Shown in pieces: positions 45,377 to 55,114 of a stretch of DNA of 56,771 nucleotides. The notes below the pieces were generated by a model. That model did no database searches and was not told the DNA's origin. It saw only the letters and a list, made by a program, of their open reading frames with translations. The position numbers and the translations under genes were made by a program. The stretch is from positions 1-56,771 of the forward strand of contig CAYXQF010000002.1 of NCBI GenBank assembly GCA_964466625.1, read 5' to 3'. Every line of letters starts with the position of its first letter. The first letter of the stretch is position 1. The DNA is from an uncultured Lachnospiraceae bacterium. GTDB lineage: Bacteria > Bacillota > Clostridia > Oscillospirales > CAG-272.

Positions 45377-46213
45377 ATGCTCACGCCAACCAAAGTTGAA
45401 ACCTATCCGCTTCTGGAGGAAAGACCGCTTGCCAAGCTCATCGCATATACCGCAGGCACTTCATCCGAAATGCCTTTTAATGAAAAAAGAAAAGCCGTTC
45501 TCATCATTCCGGGCGGTGCTTATTGGCTCCAAAGTGATATGGAAGCCGATCCCGTGGCACATTTTTTCCTTTCGGAAGGCTTTAATGCCTTCGTTCTGCG
45601 CTATTCCGTGGGACGCGGCGTAGATTCCGTTTGGCCCAAGCCCCTTATGGAAGCTTCCGCGGCAATGAAATTTATCCGTGATCACGCGGAAGATTTTCAC
45701 ATTGATCCCGATTACGTTTTCGTCATCGGTTTTTCCGCAGGCGGACATCTCGCCGGTGCGCTCGGCACGATGTGGGATCACGACGAGATCGAAAAAACAC
45801 TCGGCATGGAAAAGGGCTACAACCGTCCGACCGCGATGATCCTTTCCTATCCCGTGATCACGGGCGTGGGTGAGATCGCGCACCGTGGCTCCATCAATAA
45901 TATCCTTGGCAAAATGCGCGAAGATGAAGACGCGCGTGCTTCCGTTTCCATCGAACGCGCCGTTTCGGAAAAGACCGTTCCCACGTTCCTTTGGACGATG
46001 ATCACCGATCGCGAGGTTTCGCCGCAGAATACGCTTCTCATGGCAGACGCGCTCGCAAAACACAAGATTCCCTTTGAAATGCACATCTATCCCGAAGGCA
46101 GTCACGGCATTTCTCTTGGCACAAAAGCGCTCGGCTTTGATTTTCCGTCGCTTGCAGGCTGGTCACGTGACGCCGTTCGCTTCCTTCACAGCATTCAACA
46201 AAAAAAAGATTGA
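45377..46213 (+). CDS. Alpha/beta hydrolase (acetyl esterase/lipase-like)
   Basis: 'LIIPGGAY' and the nucleophile elbow 'GFSAGGHLA'; C-terminal 'YPEGSHG'. Confidence 0.8.
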   Translation: MLTPTKVETYPLLEERPLAKLIAYTAGTSSEMPFNEKRKAVLIIPGGAYWLQSDMEADPVAHFFLSEGFNAFVLRYSVGRGVDSVWPKPLMEASAAMKFIRDHAEDFHIDPDYVFVIGFSAGGHLAGALGTMWDHDEIEKTLGMEKGYNRPTAMILSYPVITGVGEIAHRGSINNILGKMREDEDARASVSIERAVSEKTVPTFLWTMITDREVSPQNTLLMADALAKHKIPFEMHIYPEGSHGISLGTKALGFDFPSLAGWSRDAVRFLHSIQQKKD

Positions 46214-46237
46214 CCACGAAAGAAAGGATTTTTCCCC

Positions 46238-47065
46238 ATGCGTACACCGACTTCGATTCAAACCGTACAGATTCTTGAAAATAAACCGAACGTCACACTT
46301 ACCGCTTATATCGCAGGCACCTCGGACGAGATGCCCTTCAACGAAAAAAGAAAAGCGCTGCTCGTCATTCCCGGCGGCGGCTATCATTGGTGTTCCGACC
46401 GTGAAGGCGATCCCGTGGCGCTTCATTTTCTTTCGCAAGACTTCAATACCTTCGTTCTGGAATATTCCACCGCGCACAACGCTGACACCGTCTGGCCCTC
46501 GCCGCTTGTCGATGCGTCTGCGGCAATGAAATATATTCGCGATCATGCCGAAGAATTTCGCATTGATCCCAAATACGTTTTCGCCATCGGTTTTTCCGCA
46601 GGCGGACATCTTGCCGCTTCGCTTGCTACCCTTTGGGATAATGATGAAATCGAAAAAATGCTTGGCATGGAAAAAGGCTACAACCGTCCCACGGGCGTCA
46701 TTCTTTCTTATCCCGTCATTTCCGGGCTCGAATATGCGCATCGCGGCTCTTTTGATAACATTCTTGGTGAGAAAAAGGACGATGAAGATGCACGCCGCGC
46801 ACTTTCTCTGGAATATTGCGTGACGGAAAAGACCTCACCTTGCTTCATCTGGTCGACACGCCCCGACAGAACTGTGCCGATTCAGAATTCGATCCTTTTT
46901 GCCGAAGCGCTCGCAAAAGCCAAAATTCCTTTTGAAATGCACGTCTATCCCATGGGTTGGCACGGCACCTCGCTTGCCACACCGAACGTCGGCTGCGATT
47001 TCCCCGTGATCAGCCATTGGACTGTCGATGCCCTGCGTTGGTTAAACAGCATCGAAGCAGAATAA
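46238..47065 (+). CDS. Alpha/beta hydrolase, tandem paralogue
   Basis: 'LVIPGGGY', 'GFSAGGHLA' and 'YPMGWHG'. It is collinear with the upstream gene. Confidence 0.8.
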   Translation: MRTPTSIQTVQILENKPNVTLTAYIAGTSDEMPFNEKRKALLVIPGGGYHWCSDREGDPVALHFLSQDFNTFVLEYSTAHNADTVWPSPLVDASAAMKYIRDHAEEFRIDPKYVFAIGFSAGGHLAASLATLWDNDEIEKMLGMEKGYNRPTGVILSYPVISGLEYAHRGSFDNILGEKKDDEDARRALSLEYCVTEKTSPCFIWSTRPDRTVPIQNSILFAEALAKAKIPFEMHVYPMGWHGTSLATPNVGCDFPVISHWTVDALRWLNSIEAE

Positions 47066-47115
47066 AAAAGCGGCGAGAGCTATTCGAGCAATTTCCTATA
47101 GTTTGAAAAACAGTG

Positions 47116-47153
47116 CCCCCGACAGAGAGAAAAATCTGTCGGGGGTATTTTTT
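47116..47153 (+). terminator. Intrinsic terminator
   Basis: CCCCCGACAGA-loop-TCTGTCGGGGG + TATTTTTT. Confidence 0.8.
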
Positions 47154-47178
47154 CTGATGGACGCGGAGTGTTAAACGA

Positions 47179-47550
47179 TCATAGACCGTAGTGAATAATC
47201 CATTTATTTTCCAAGAGGGCTTTTTTTGACAGCTTTTTTAGTTCAGATAATTCGGGAATGTCTTTGATGACATCGACAAATGCTTCGATGGAATCAGGCG
47301 GTATGAGCGTGATTCCGCAATACGCAATCCCCTTTCCCTTCACGTCAAGTGTATGCCAATAAAAATCTATATGATCGAAGTTCCCAACAATATCCTCTAA
47401 ATGATCGTCGTCGACAGAAATACAGTTATATTTCCGTGGTTCATAAATATCATAGCGTTTTCCTTGTTGGGGTGCATTTTGCATAATACCGAATTCGTGC
47501 TTTGCCAACAGATCACTTCCTTTTGCCAAATTCAAATTTTTCACCAACAA
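47179..47550 (-). CDS. Hypothetical protein (orphan, AT-rich; TTG/GTG start uncertain)
   Basis: A 123-codon ORF 20 nt downstream of the GH116 gene on the same strand. I recognised no motif. Confidence 0.4.
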   Translation of the reverse strand: MLVKNLNLAKGSDLLAKHEFGIMQNAPQQGKRYDIYEPRKYNCISVDDDHLEDIVGNFDHIDFYWHTLDVKGKGIAYCGITLIPPDSIEAFVDVIKDIPELSELKKLSKKALLENKWIIHYGL

Positions 47551-47570
47551 ACGTTGTCCATTCCCCGCTT

Positions 47571-50084
47571 TTATTTCGCCGTTACGAAAACAATGTTTTC
47601 CGTGATCGTTGTTTCTGCAAAGGAGATCTTATCACCGTCCACGGTAAATGCGATAGGCTTTCCGTCAATATGTACCGCCCGGATCTCTTTCGCACCGCCG
47701 AGCGTGACGGAAGAAAGCGTCAGCGAGCCATCAAGAATGGAAATCTTAGTTTGAGCACCAGTCTTCTCGAAGTTACCCCAACCTGTGCCAAGGCTCCAGA
47801 ATGCTCTGAAATCACCCTCTACGATCGGCGCAAAGCCGATGGTCTTTTTCGGCAGATCAAAAGTAAATCCGCTGAAAATGGGGAGAAGCGCAAAGCTTGC
47901 CATCGCGCGCGCATAGTTATTACCGCACTCGATCTCATTCCACGGATTGCGTTTTTCACCGTCGTAACGGTCACGGATCGCACGAACAGCCACAAGTCCT
48001 TCTTCGATATAACCTTCGCTGATGAGAAGTCCTGCAAAGGCATATTCAAAGCCCGTCATACATTCCTCGCAGTAAGGGATCGGGATCACAGGCTTTTCAG
48101 CGCCTTCGGGATAATCACAAATCACCGTTCCGCCCTCATCATTCATGGCAAACACACGCCACATATTCGCAAATTCACGAAGACTCGGTTTGAAATTGTT
48201 CCGAATCATGCTGGCAAGAGCAATTTGACGCTGTTCTTTGTCGAAAATATCACCAAGTCCTAAGAGATTGGCATGCCATTGACCAAGCATCTGGTCGATC
48301 TCGGAGCCGTCCGCGATCTGATATTTAAGCTGACCTTTTTCTTCATTCCAGTAGTTCGGGCAATTATAATGCTCCGTATAAGCCTTATTGGTGAGATCAA
48401 CTTTCTGGATAAAATATTTGCCGTTAAAGAGATTTTCTTTGGTATACGCATAGCCTTTGGCAAAGAGCGCGCGGTAATCCGCCGCTTTTTCTTTTTCACC
48501 GAGATAGTCTGCCATCTCTGCCGCCGCGGAAAGTGCCGCAAGGTAAAGGCCTTCCAGCCAAGAGGACGGACCAAACATTTCCATATCCAGGGTGTGATGC
48601 TGTCTGCCTTCCAAAACGCCGTCACGGTCAAGGTCCCATTCGTCAGGATTTTCTTCACTCCAAGCATAAGAGAGGATCTTTTGCACCGTGTCCCAATGCT
48701 TTTTCAGCCACGCATCGTCACCGCTGATCTTCCATTCGCGCAAGGTCTTCACGACGGTGAGCATGGAGCCATCTACACAAGCACGAGTTTTAGAAACCCC
48801 TCTGCCAAGCGGAAGCAACGTGCGGAAGCCCATCTTTCCGTTTTCCTCCACGTCTTGCTGAAATTCCGTTTCACGGAGCGAACGCTCAAGATCGGGGAAA
48901 AGGAAGCAAAGCGCATACGCATAGCTCCAAACGTGCGTGCAAGTGCCTTCACAGGAGCCGATATTGGTGTGAACACCCTCCCAGCCGTAAAATGCGCCGT
49001 TTTCAAGGCGCAAAACCGTCGGCGATTTCAAAACGGACATGGTGGACGAGATCGCGTCAATGACGGCAGGATCCAGCGTGGACATATGAAGCGTATCGCG
49101 GAAAAGCACTGTTTTTTCAAGGAGCGAAGCATAATTTTCCAGCGCGTAAACGGCAGAAGCACGGGAATTTTTAAAGCGTGTGGCATAATAATTTTTCCAC
49201 GTCACGTCTTTATCGTTTTCGTCCTTGCATCGCCACCAATAGTTATAGTTGTTCGGCACGTTCCATGCAAGAACGAAACGTGTCTTTTCATCTTCCGTGA
49301 TCGGTGCGCCAAGCGTGCAACGGTCAGCTCTGTGAGGTGAATCGTAATGACGGTCGCGAAGCTCCCCTTTTGTCATCTCATACCAGAAGGTGGAAACCGG
49401 ATCTCGCCATTCACCGCGATACCAATATTCCTGCGCGATCGCATTTTTGGCATCGGTCGCCACAGTGAGGTCGCCATATTCGGTGCTGTCGGCAGGCTCT
49501 CCGGCGAAGCGGAGCATGATCGCGGCATTTTCATCATCGGAAACGATCTTATTTTCGGTGCGCTCAAAGGGGTTGGTGACGGAGAAATAGACAGCATATT
49601 TCACGTCTTTTTCCGCATTTTTGAGTGTGATATCAAAAAAAGCGGCAGGAATGCTGGAATTTTCAGAATCAAGCGGAACCATCGGATTCCACGCGGTAAG
49701 GATCACGTCACCGGGGAAATTATTGTCGCGGAACGTAAGCGTCGCAATCGGGAAACGTCCGTCAAAGGTGACATCCTCAAAATGCGGATACGCGCACATC
49801 GTGTCCGATGCGCACCCTTCCCCAAAGCCGATGTGTCGAGGACCGCGTGCAAAACCGATAAGATTTTTCGTCACGTCCCCTTGCAGGATCTTTACGATGC
49901 GGTGTCCGTCGGGATATTCCGCCGTCACCGCAAAAAACGTACAACCGTTGATGCTGTTTTTATTCGGTCGGTTATAAATTTCAAAATCAATCAGCGAACC
50001 GTTACCGGCAATGCCGATGGAACCCGTGCCAATGCCACCCAAGGGGAAAGATATCTCTTTTAATTTTTCTTTCGTATAGATCAT
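47571..50084 (-). CDS. GH116 family beta-glucosidase / glucosylceramidase-like (GBA2 family)
   Basis: 'FPLGGIGTGSIGI' N-terminal domain and 'GSCEGTCTHVWSYA' catalytic region. The start is moved to Met14 (GGAG RBS). Confidence 0.8.
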   Translation of the reverse strand: MIYTKEKLKEISFPLGGIGTGSIGIAGNGSLIDFEIYNRPNKNSINGCTFFAVTAEYPDGHRIVKILQGDVTKNLIGFARGPRHIGFGEGCASDTMCAYPHFEDVTFDGRFPIATLTFRDNNFPGDVILTAWNPMVPLDSENSSIPAAFFDITLKNAEKDVKYAVYFSVTNPFERTENKIVSDDENAAIMLRFAGEPADSTEYGDLTVATDAKNAIAQEYWYRGEWRDPVSTFWYEMTKGELRDRHYDSPHRADRCTLGAPITEDEKTRFVLAWNVPNNYNYWWRCKDENDKDVTWKNYYATRFKNSRASAVYALENYASLLEKTVLFRDTLHMSTLDPAVIDAISSTMSVLKSPTVLRLENGAFYGWEGVHTNIGSCEGTCTHVWSYAYALCFLFPDLERSLRETEFQQDVEENGKMGFRTLLPLGRGVSKTRACVDGSMLTVVKTLREWKISGDDAWLKKHWDTVQKILSYAWSEENPDEWDLDRDGVLEGRQHHTLDMEMFGPSSWLEGLYLAALSAAAEMADYLGEKEKAADYRALFAKGYAYTKENLFNGKYFIQKVDLTNKAYTEHYNCPNYWNEEKGQLKYQIADGSEIDQMLGQWHANLLGLGDIFDKEQRQIALASMIRNNFKPSLREFANMWRVFAMNDEGGTVICDYPEGAEKPVIPIPYCEECMTGFEYAFAGLLISEGYIEEGLVAVRAIRDRYDGEKRNPWNEIECGNNYARAMASFALLPIFSGFTFDLPKKTIGFAPIVEGDFRAFWSLGTGWGNFEKTGAQTKISILDGSLTLSSVTLGGAKEIRAVHIDGKPIAFTVDGDKISFAETTITENIVFVTAK

Positions 50085-50212
50085 GATAATCTCCATTCTT
50101 CGATCAGTATCCTTAAATAACACCGATCATTTTACCCTTTTTGTTTTATTGTAGCATAGGTTTTTGGTTTTTTCAAGACAAAAAACAGGATAGAAAAAGA
50201 GCTTCTGCTCTT

Positions 50213-51106
50213 TTAGTGTAAAAGCAGAAGCTCCTCACGGGAAAACACCGTTTGAAACGCGCGATTGATCGCATATCCGATGAGTTTTCCCGCGTCGGAC
50301 GCGATCACGTCGATCTCTTTTGGTGTCACAAGAAGATCGGAAAGCAAAGAAGGCTCGGCGGAGGAAAGACCTGCCCTCTCCATTTCCGAAAAGACGAGTG
50401 TTGCCGCATCAATGACGGTCGGAACGCCGATCGCGATCACAGGAATCCCCAGCGTTTGCCTTGTGAAAGCCGCTTTTCCACCACCAACGCCGGAGCCCGG
50501 CACGATGCCCGTATCGGAAAGCTGGATCGTTTTCGCAAGGCGATTTCCGTCACGCGCGACGAGAGAATCCACAGCGATCATCGCGTCGGGGCGCAAATTT
50601 TCCACAGCAAAACGGACAAGAGAAGCCGTTTCCACACCCGTTTTCAAAAAAACACTCGGCGTGAGCACAGACACGTCGAAAAGTCCGCTCTCCTCAAACC
50701 ACGCTTCCTCTTCCACACGCATACCATGTGTGGCAAGGACGTGAGATGCGGCGATCACACCCACGGCATCTGCCGCAAGCGCTTCGTTTCCGAGTCCCAA
50801 AACCAAAACGCTTCGAGCCTCTTTGCAAAGTGCCGTAAGCTCCGCCGCCACAAGATCGCCAAGCGTCAAAAAAACTTCGGGAGATGCCATATCCATGCCG
50901 CCGTGTGTCAGCGTGATATACCGCCCCATCGGCTTGCCGAGAAGTGCTTCTCCTTTTTGGTTTATGATCTCTACGGTGCTGAGCCGTATATTTTTTACCG
51001 TTCGCTCCGTATAGCGAATACCGTCCGGCTCCTCACTTCTGCCACCCATGGCATGATAGCGAAGCTCTTCTGCCAGATCTGTTCGAATCGAAAACAAAAA
51101 AATCAC
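50213..51106 (-). CDS. gpr: Germination protease GPR (spore endopeptidase)
   Basis: 'IRTDLAEE' N-terminal motif and 'GLGNEALAADAVG'. The start codon (GTG 51106 or TTG 51097) is uncertain. Confidence 0.8.
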   Translation of the reverse strand: MIFLFSIRTDLAEELRYHAMGGRSEEPDGIRYTERTVKNIRLSTVEIINQKGEALLGKPMGRYITLTHGGMDMASPEVFLTLGDLVAAELTALCKEARSVLVLGLGNEALAADAVGVIAASHVLATHGMRVEEEAWFEESGLFDVSVLTPSVFLKTGVETASLVRFAVENLRPDAMIAVDSLVARDGNRLAKTIQLSDTGIVPGSGVGGGKAAFTRQTLGIPVIAIGVPTVIDAATLVFSEMERAGLSSAEPSLLSDLLVTPKEIDVIASDAGKLIGYAINRAFQTVFSREELLLLH

Positions 51107-51177
51107 CGCCCACGAATAGTTTGTTCGTAGGCGGCGTTTTTATGCGTCCATTTTCATGTCCCCCAGGAATTTGTCCT

Positions 51178-51372
51178 TTATTTGATATCAAACTCCGGTG
51201 GCGTGTCGAGATCGTGCGGCACGGGCTTGCCGTTCTTTTTTCTCTGCTTCACACATTCGGTGAGAAGATATTCGATCTGTCCGTTCATGGAACGGAAATC
51301 ATCTTCTGCCCATGCGGCGATCGCCGCATAAAGCTTTGGCGAAAGACGGAGCGGAACTTGCTTTTTTTCCAC
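51178..51372 (-). CDS. Small ribbon-helix-helix (Arc/CopG-like) protein
   Basis: '[35 protein letters not shown]' shows a beta-strand + two-helix pattern. It lies 12 nt downstream of the SPFH gene. Confidence 0.55.
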   Translation of the reverse strand: MEKKQVPLRLSPKLYAAIAAWAEDDFRSMNGQIEYLLTECVKQRKKNGKPVPHDLDTPPEFDIK

Positions 51373-51384
51373 AGTACACCTCTT

Positions 51385-52404
51385 TTAATAAAGACTACCG
51401 GAATTGACGACGGGCTGTGCATCTTTATTGCCGCAAAGCACCACGAGCAGATTGGAAACCATCGCCGCTTTGCGTTCTTCGTCAAGATGCACCGTATCGT
51501 TCTGAGAGAGGCGTTCGAGCGCCATTTCCACCATGCCCACAGCGCCGTCCACGATCATTTTTCTCGCGTCGATGATGGCAGACGCCTGCTGGCGCTGAAG
51601 CATCACAGCCGCGATCTCCGTCGCATATGCAAGATAAGTGATGCGCGCTTCCACGATCTCAATGCCGGCTTCCGTTACGCGTGCTTGAATCTCGTCTTTA
51701 ATACGCGATGCGACGATTTCGCTGGAGCCGCGCAAGCTGCCGTCATCAGCAACACCGTCACCCGTGGTGTCCACACCGGGTGCTACGTCGTAAGGATAGA
51801 TGCGAACGATATTGCGAAGCGCGGTATCGCACTGCAGGGAAAGAAATTCCTTGTAATTATCTACGTTAAATACGGCTTTTGCCGTATCCACGATGCGCCA
51901 TGTGACCGCAATACCGATCTCCACGGGGTTGCCGAGGCAGTCGTTGATCTTCTGGCGGTTGTTGCTGAGCGTCATAATTTTGAGCGAAAGCTTATTGTTC
52001 ACGACGGGAACACTCGTCGCGCCAGCCCCCTTTGCCGTAAGAACAGTTTCCACGGTGTTCACGTCACCGCTTTGGCTGAGCTTTGTTTTTGCCGCAGGAT
52101 TCACAGAAGAACAAAAAGGATTCACCGCATAGAAGCCTTCCCCTTTGAGTGTGCCGACGTATTTACCGAAAAGCGTCAGCACGAGCGCTTCCTGCGGACG
52201 AAGAATGCGAAGTCCCATATAAGGGAGCCAGCCGATGCAAAGCCAAACAAGACCAATGACGATCAGCGGCATTGCGTAAGGCAAGCCATTTTCATCAGCG
52301 ATCGCGCCGATAATCACAATGGCAGTTGCCGCGATAAGACCAAGTGTGGTGAGCACGAGCACAAGCATACCGTTTTTCTTATTTTTCAAAACTTTTTCTG
52401 TCAT
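51385..52404 (-). CDS. SPFH/band-7 (stomatin/flotillin-like) domain membrane protein
   Basis: N-terminal TMs followed by 'PQEALVLTLFGKYVGTLKGEGFYAVNPF'. The start is moved to Met17 (GGGAGG RBS). Confidence 0.8.
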   Translation of the reverse strand: MTEKVLKNKKNGMLVLVLTTLGLIAATAIVIIGAIADENGLPYAMPLIVIGLVWLCIGWLPYMGLRILRPQEALVLTLFGKYVGTLKGEGFYAVNPFCSSVNPAAKTKLSQSGDVNTVETVLTAKGAGATSVPVVNNKLSLKIMTLSNNRQKINDCLGNPVEIGIAVTWRIVDTAKAVFNVDNYKEFLSLQCDTALRNIVRIYPYDVAPGVDTTGDGVADDGSLRGSSEIVASRIKDEIQARVTEAGIEIVEARITYLAYATEIAAVMLQRQQASAIIDARKMIVDGAVGMVEMALERLSQNDTVHLDEERKAAMVSNLLVVLCGNKDAQPVVNSGSLY

Positions 52405-52521
52405 TTGGATAACCTCCCGATGATATTTTTCTTTACATCTATATGATATCATTTTGATATCACTTTGTCAAGATTTTTTTAAAAAATAAAAGGCCCTCGT
52501 AAAAGAGAGCCTTGCCATTAT

Positions 52522-53505
52522 TTATTCTTCTTCGCTTTGTTCCGCCTGGGAATAATAAGGATCGATCATGTATTTTTTGATCTTCGGATAAGCGGCGTAC
52601 ATCGCAAAGAACGCACTATTGGAAAAGAGGATCATGAAAATGCTGATCACGCCGAGCGGTAAAAAGAGCGAGCCGAGCCAGACCGTGAGGATCACGAGCA
52701 TCACGATGCAGATAAACATCACGAAATTGCGTCCAAACGCAAGGATCGAGAAGATCGCGGCGTTTTTGATGATCTTGAAGAAACCAAGCTCAAAGGTGAC
52801 CATGATGGTGTAGAGATAATAGCGCATGAAAGAATAGAGCATCGCAACGAGCACCATCGAATAGAACATGATGTAATAATTTTCATAGTTCACATAATAC
52901 ATAAAGAGCGAATACGAGCTGACGCCAAGGGTGATGATATCAAGGATACCCATGGGAACGGATTGCTTCCAGCCCGATTTGATCGTGCCGATGAAATCCT
53001 GCCACATGAAGATCGGTTCGCCTTTGACGAGGTTTTTGATGATGTAAGTACAGCCTGCGTTCACAGGGCCCCATGTAAGTATGATCAGCGCGGAAAGCCC
53101 ATAGAGGATATTGGTCATGACGGTGTTCGCATAGATCGTGGACATACCGCCGTGGATCCCCGCGAGGATCGACATGGACGGCGAAAAACCGCCTGCCGCC
53201 GTGCGGATACCGTTCAGCACGGGAAACATTTCGCTGGCAGGCGCCACGCCGGGGGTACTGAAAATACCGCTGAGCGCCAAAAGGAAAAAGATAAACGGAA
53301 AATTTCCCACAATATAAAGGGCATTCACCCAAATGAGCTTCACAAAGCGACGGGAATAGAGTTTAAAAAAGTTTTTGAAATTATATTCTGTGATGGGTGC
53401 TTCCTTTTTAATGCCACGGCCGTCCTTAGCATAGCTTGCAAAAAAGCCAAATTTTTTCTTTTTCGGCGTTTCCACAGGCTCGCCGAATTCATTAAATTCT
53501 TTCAC
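52522..53505 (-). CDS. DUF624/YesL-like integral membrane protein
   Basis: A basic N-terminus then 'RFVKLIWVNALYIVGNFPFIFFLL' and multiple TMs. Confidence 0.5.
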   Translation of the reverse strand: MKEFNEFGEPVETPKKKKFGFFASYAKDGRGIKKEAPITEYNFKNFFKLYSRRFVKLIWVNALYIVGNFPFIFFLLALSGIFSTPGVAPASEMFPVLNGIRTAAGGFSPSMSILAGIHGGMSTIYANTVMTNILYGLSALIILTWGPVNAGCTYIIKNLVKGEPIFMWQDFIGTIKSGWKQSVPMGILDIITLGVSSYSLFMYYVNYENYYIMFYSMVLVAMLYSFMRYYLYTIMVTFELGFFKIIKNAAIFSILAFGRNFVMFICIVMLVILTVWLGSLFLPLGVISIFMILFSNSAFFAMYAAYPKIKKYMIDPYYSQAEQSEEE

Positions 53506-53526
53506 GTTGTTCGTTTCCTTTCTTTT

Positions 53527-54108
53527 TTAATGCAAATCTTTGCCGTCGTCTTCATCTGCCGACCAGGAATCCGCAAGGTAATTCATGTCACCCGACAAAA
53601 GACTCAAAATGCCTTTATATACAAATTCGGCGCGGTCGTCGAAGTTGTATTTCATCAGTTCCGCTTCTCTTCTCGTGGGCAGCACCGCAGCGGTCTGCAT
53701 ATAAACGCCGTCGCGATTTTCCCATGTGCATTCCAGACGGAATCTGCCGTCCTCGGTTTCGGTCACACGGCTTTCCGTGCGGTCACCGCCTGCGCGATAG
53801 GAAAGCATACGCTTTGCCGAGCGAAGTCCTTTTTCGCGGATCGTTTTGAGCAGATCGCTTTGCAACGCTTCCGTCGCGGCACGTCCTGCCTCGGAGATGG
53901 CGAAATATTCCTTGCCGTCGACTGTCGTTTTGAGCACAGCGTCCGTTTCGCAAAGCTCGTAAAAACAATCCATAAAATCAAACTGTCCCACAAATTCGTC
54001 CTGCACCACGATATCGTTGAGCGTCACAAAATCCACGGGACGATCCAAATTCATGAGCAGATATAAGATAAATACTTTGATATCTGTTTTCTCCCGAAGT
54101 AAAAACAT
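53527..54108 (-). CDS. DUF4364-like protein (putative winged-helix regulator)
   Basis: 'DIKVFILYLLMNLDRPVDFVTLNDIV' N-terminal pattern. Confidence 0.45.
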   Translation of the reverse strand: MFLLREKTDIKVFILYLLMNLDRPVDFVTLNDIVVQDEFVGQFDFMDCFYELCETDAVLKTTVDGKEYFAISEAGRAATEALQSDLLKTIREKGLRSAKRMLSYRAGGDRTESRVTETEDGRFRLECTWENRDGVYMQTAAVLPTRREAELMKYNFDDRAEFVYKGILSLLSGDMNYLADSWSADEDDGKDLH

Positions 54109-54320
54109 GGCATTCTTCCTCTCTGTGCGTCAAAAAACGGATTTTTCTTCTTATTATTGTACCACAAAATTTCGCTTCTGTATATAACTTTGTGAAAATC
54201 GTTACAATTTTTTCATGAATACTTGTGTATTTTCCTTTTTTATGATAAAATTCTTTTTAGACGAAATCTCTTCCAAAAGAATTTCACCACGGACGGTTTC
54301 TTTTACGAGCTTTTCTTTTC

Positions 54321-54992
54321 CTAAAGAAAAGCGGAAAACTCCGTGTCCAAGATCGCGTATTCCACGATCGTGTGATACTCGCCTTTGATCAGCATCGACT
54401 TTTTGTGAACGGCTTCGCGGCGCATACCGCATTTTTCCGCCACGCGCATGCTGGCGTCGTTCCCTTCCATGATCTTCGCTTCCATGCGGTGCAGCTCCAG
54501 CTCATGAAAACCAAAGCGCATCAGACGGCGAAGCGCCTCGGCGGCGTAGCCTTTTCCCCAAAAATCGGGGCTTAACACATAGCCCACCTCCGCGGCGTTA
54601 TTGGCAAGATCAAATGACGTAAAGCCGCAGGTGCCGATCATTTTTCCGCTCTCCTTTTCCACCACGGCAAAATCGTAAAAAGAACCGTTGCGATATTGCC
54701 CTTGCAAATAAGAGAGATATTTTTTTGTGAATCGCGGCTTATCGTGCGGCGACCAAAGAAGATAGCGGCAGGTTTCGGACATTTTTGAATATTCGTACAT
54801 ATCCTTATGGTCGGATACGGCAAGCTTTCTGAGAATGAGTCTTTCCGTCACAAGTGTCGGCGGAGCGGAAAAGATCGAAAGATCAGATTCAAACAAAATG
54901 GTAAATTCCTTTCTGTGATCGTAAAAAATCAGTATAGACAAAAGATTTTTCGGAAATGATAAGAACTGCCCTGATTTTATCATAAATTTCAT
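54321..54992 (-). CDS. GNAT family N-acetyltransferase (RimJ/RimL-like); the N-terminal extent is uncertain
   Basis: 'TERLILRKLAVSDHKDMYEY' and 'FWGKGYAAEAL'. The first ~35 codons may not be translated. Confidence 0.75.
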   Translation of the reverse strand: MKFMIKSGQFLSFPKNLLSILIFYDHRKEFTILFESDLSIFSAPPTLVTERLILRKLAVSDHKDMYEYSKMSETCRYLLWSPHDKPRFTKKYLSYLQGQYRNGSFYDFAVVEKESGKMIGTCGFTSFDLANNAAEVGYVLSPDFWGKGYAAEALRRLMRFGFHELELHRMEAKIMEGNDASMRVAEKCGMRREAVHKKSMLIKGEYHTIVEYAILDTEFSAFL

Positions 54993-55114
54993 AAAAATTC
55001 AAGAAAAAAACCGCATATATTTACAGACGATTTGATTTCCATTCATTTCTTTGTAACAATTTGCGTGTAAAATAGAAACATAGAAAAAAATCCTCGAAAA
55101 AAGGAGAATAACAG

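Noticed and set aside
51117-51145. A forespore sigma-G/F-like promoter GCATA-17 nt-CAAACTA lies on the minus strand upstream of gpr.
   Set aside because: The hexamers resemble my recollection of the consensus (GHATR-N18-CAHWHTA). However, the -10 ends only 10 nt from the GTG at 51106 (19 nt from the TTG at 51097), which leaves little or no room for a leader with an SD. I could not support it without TSS data.
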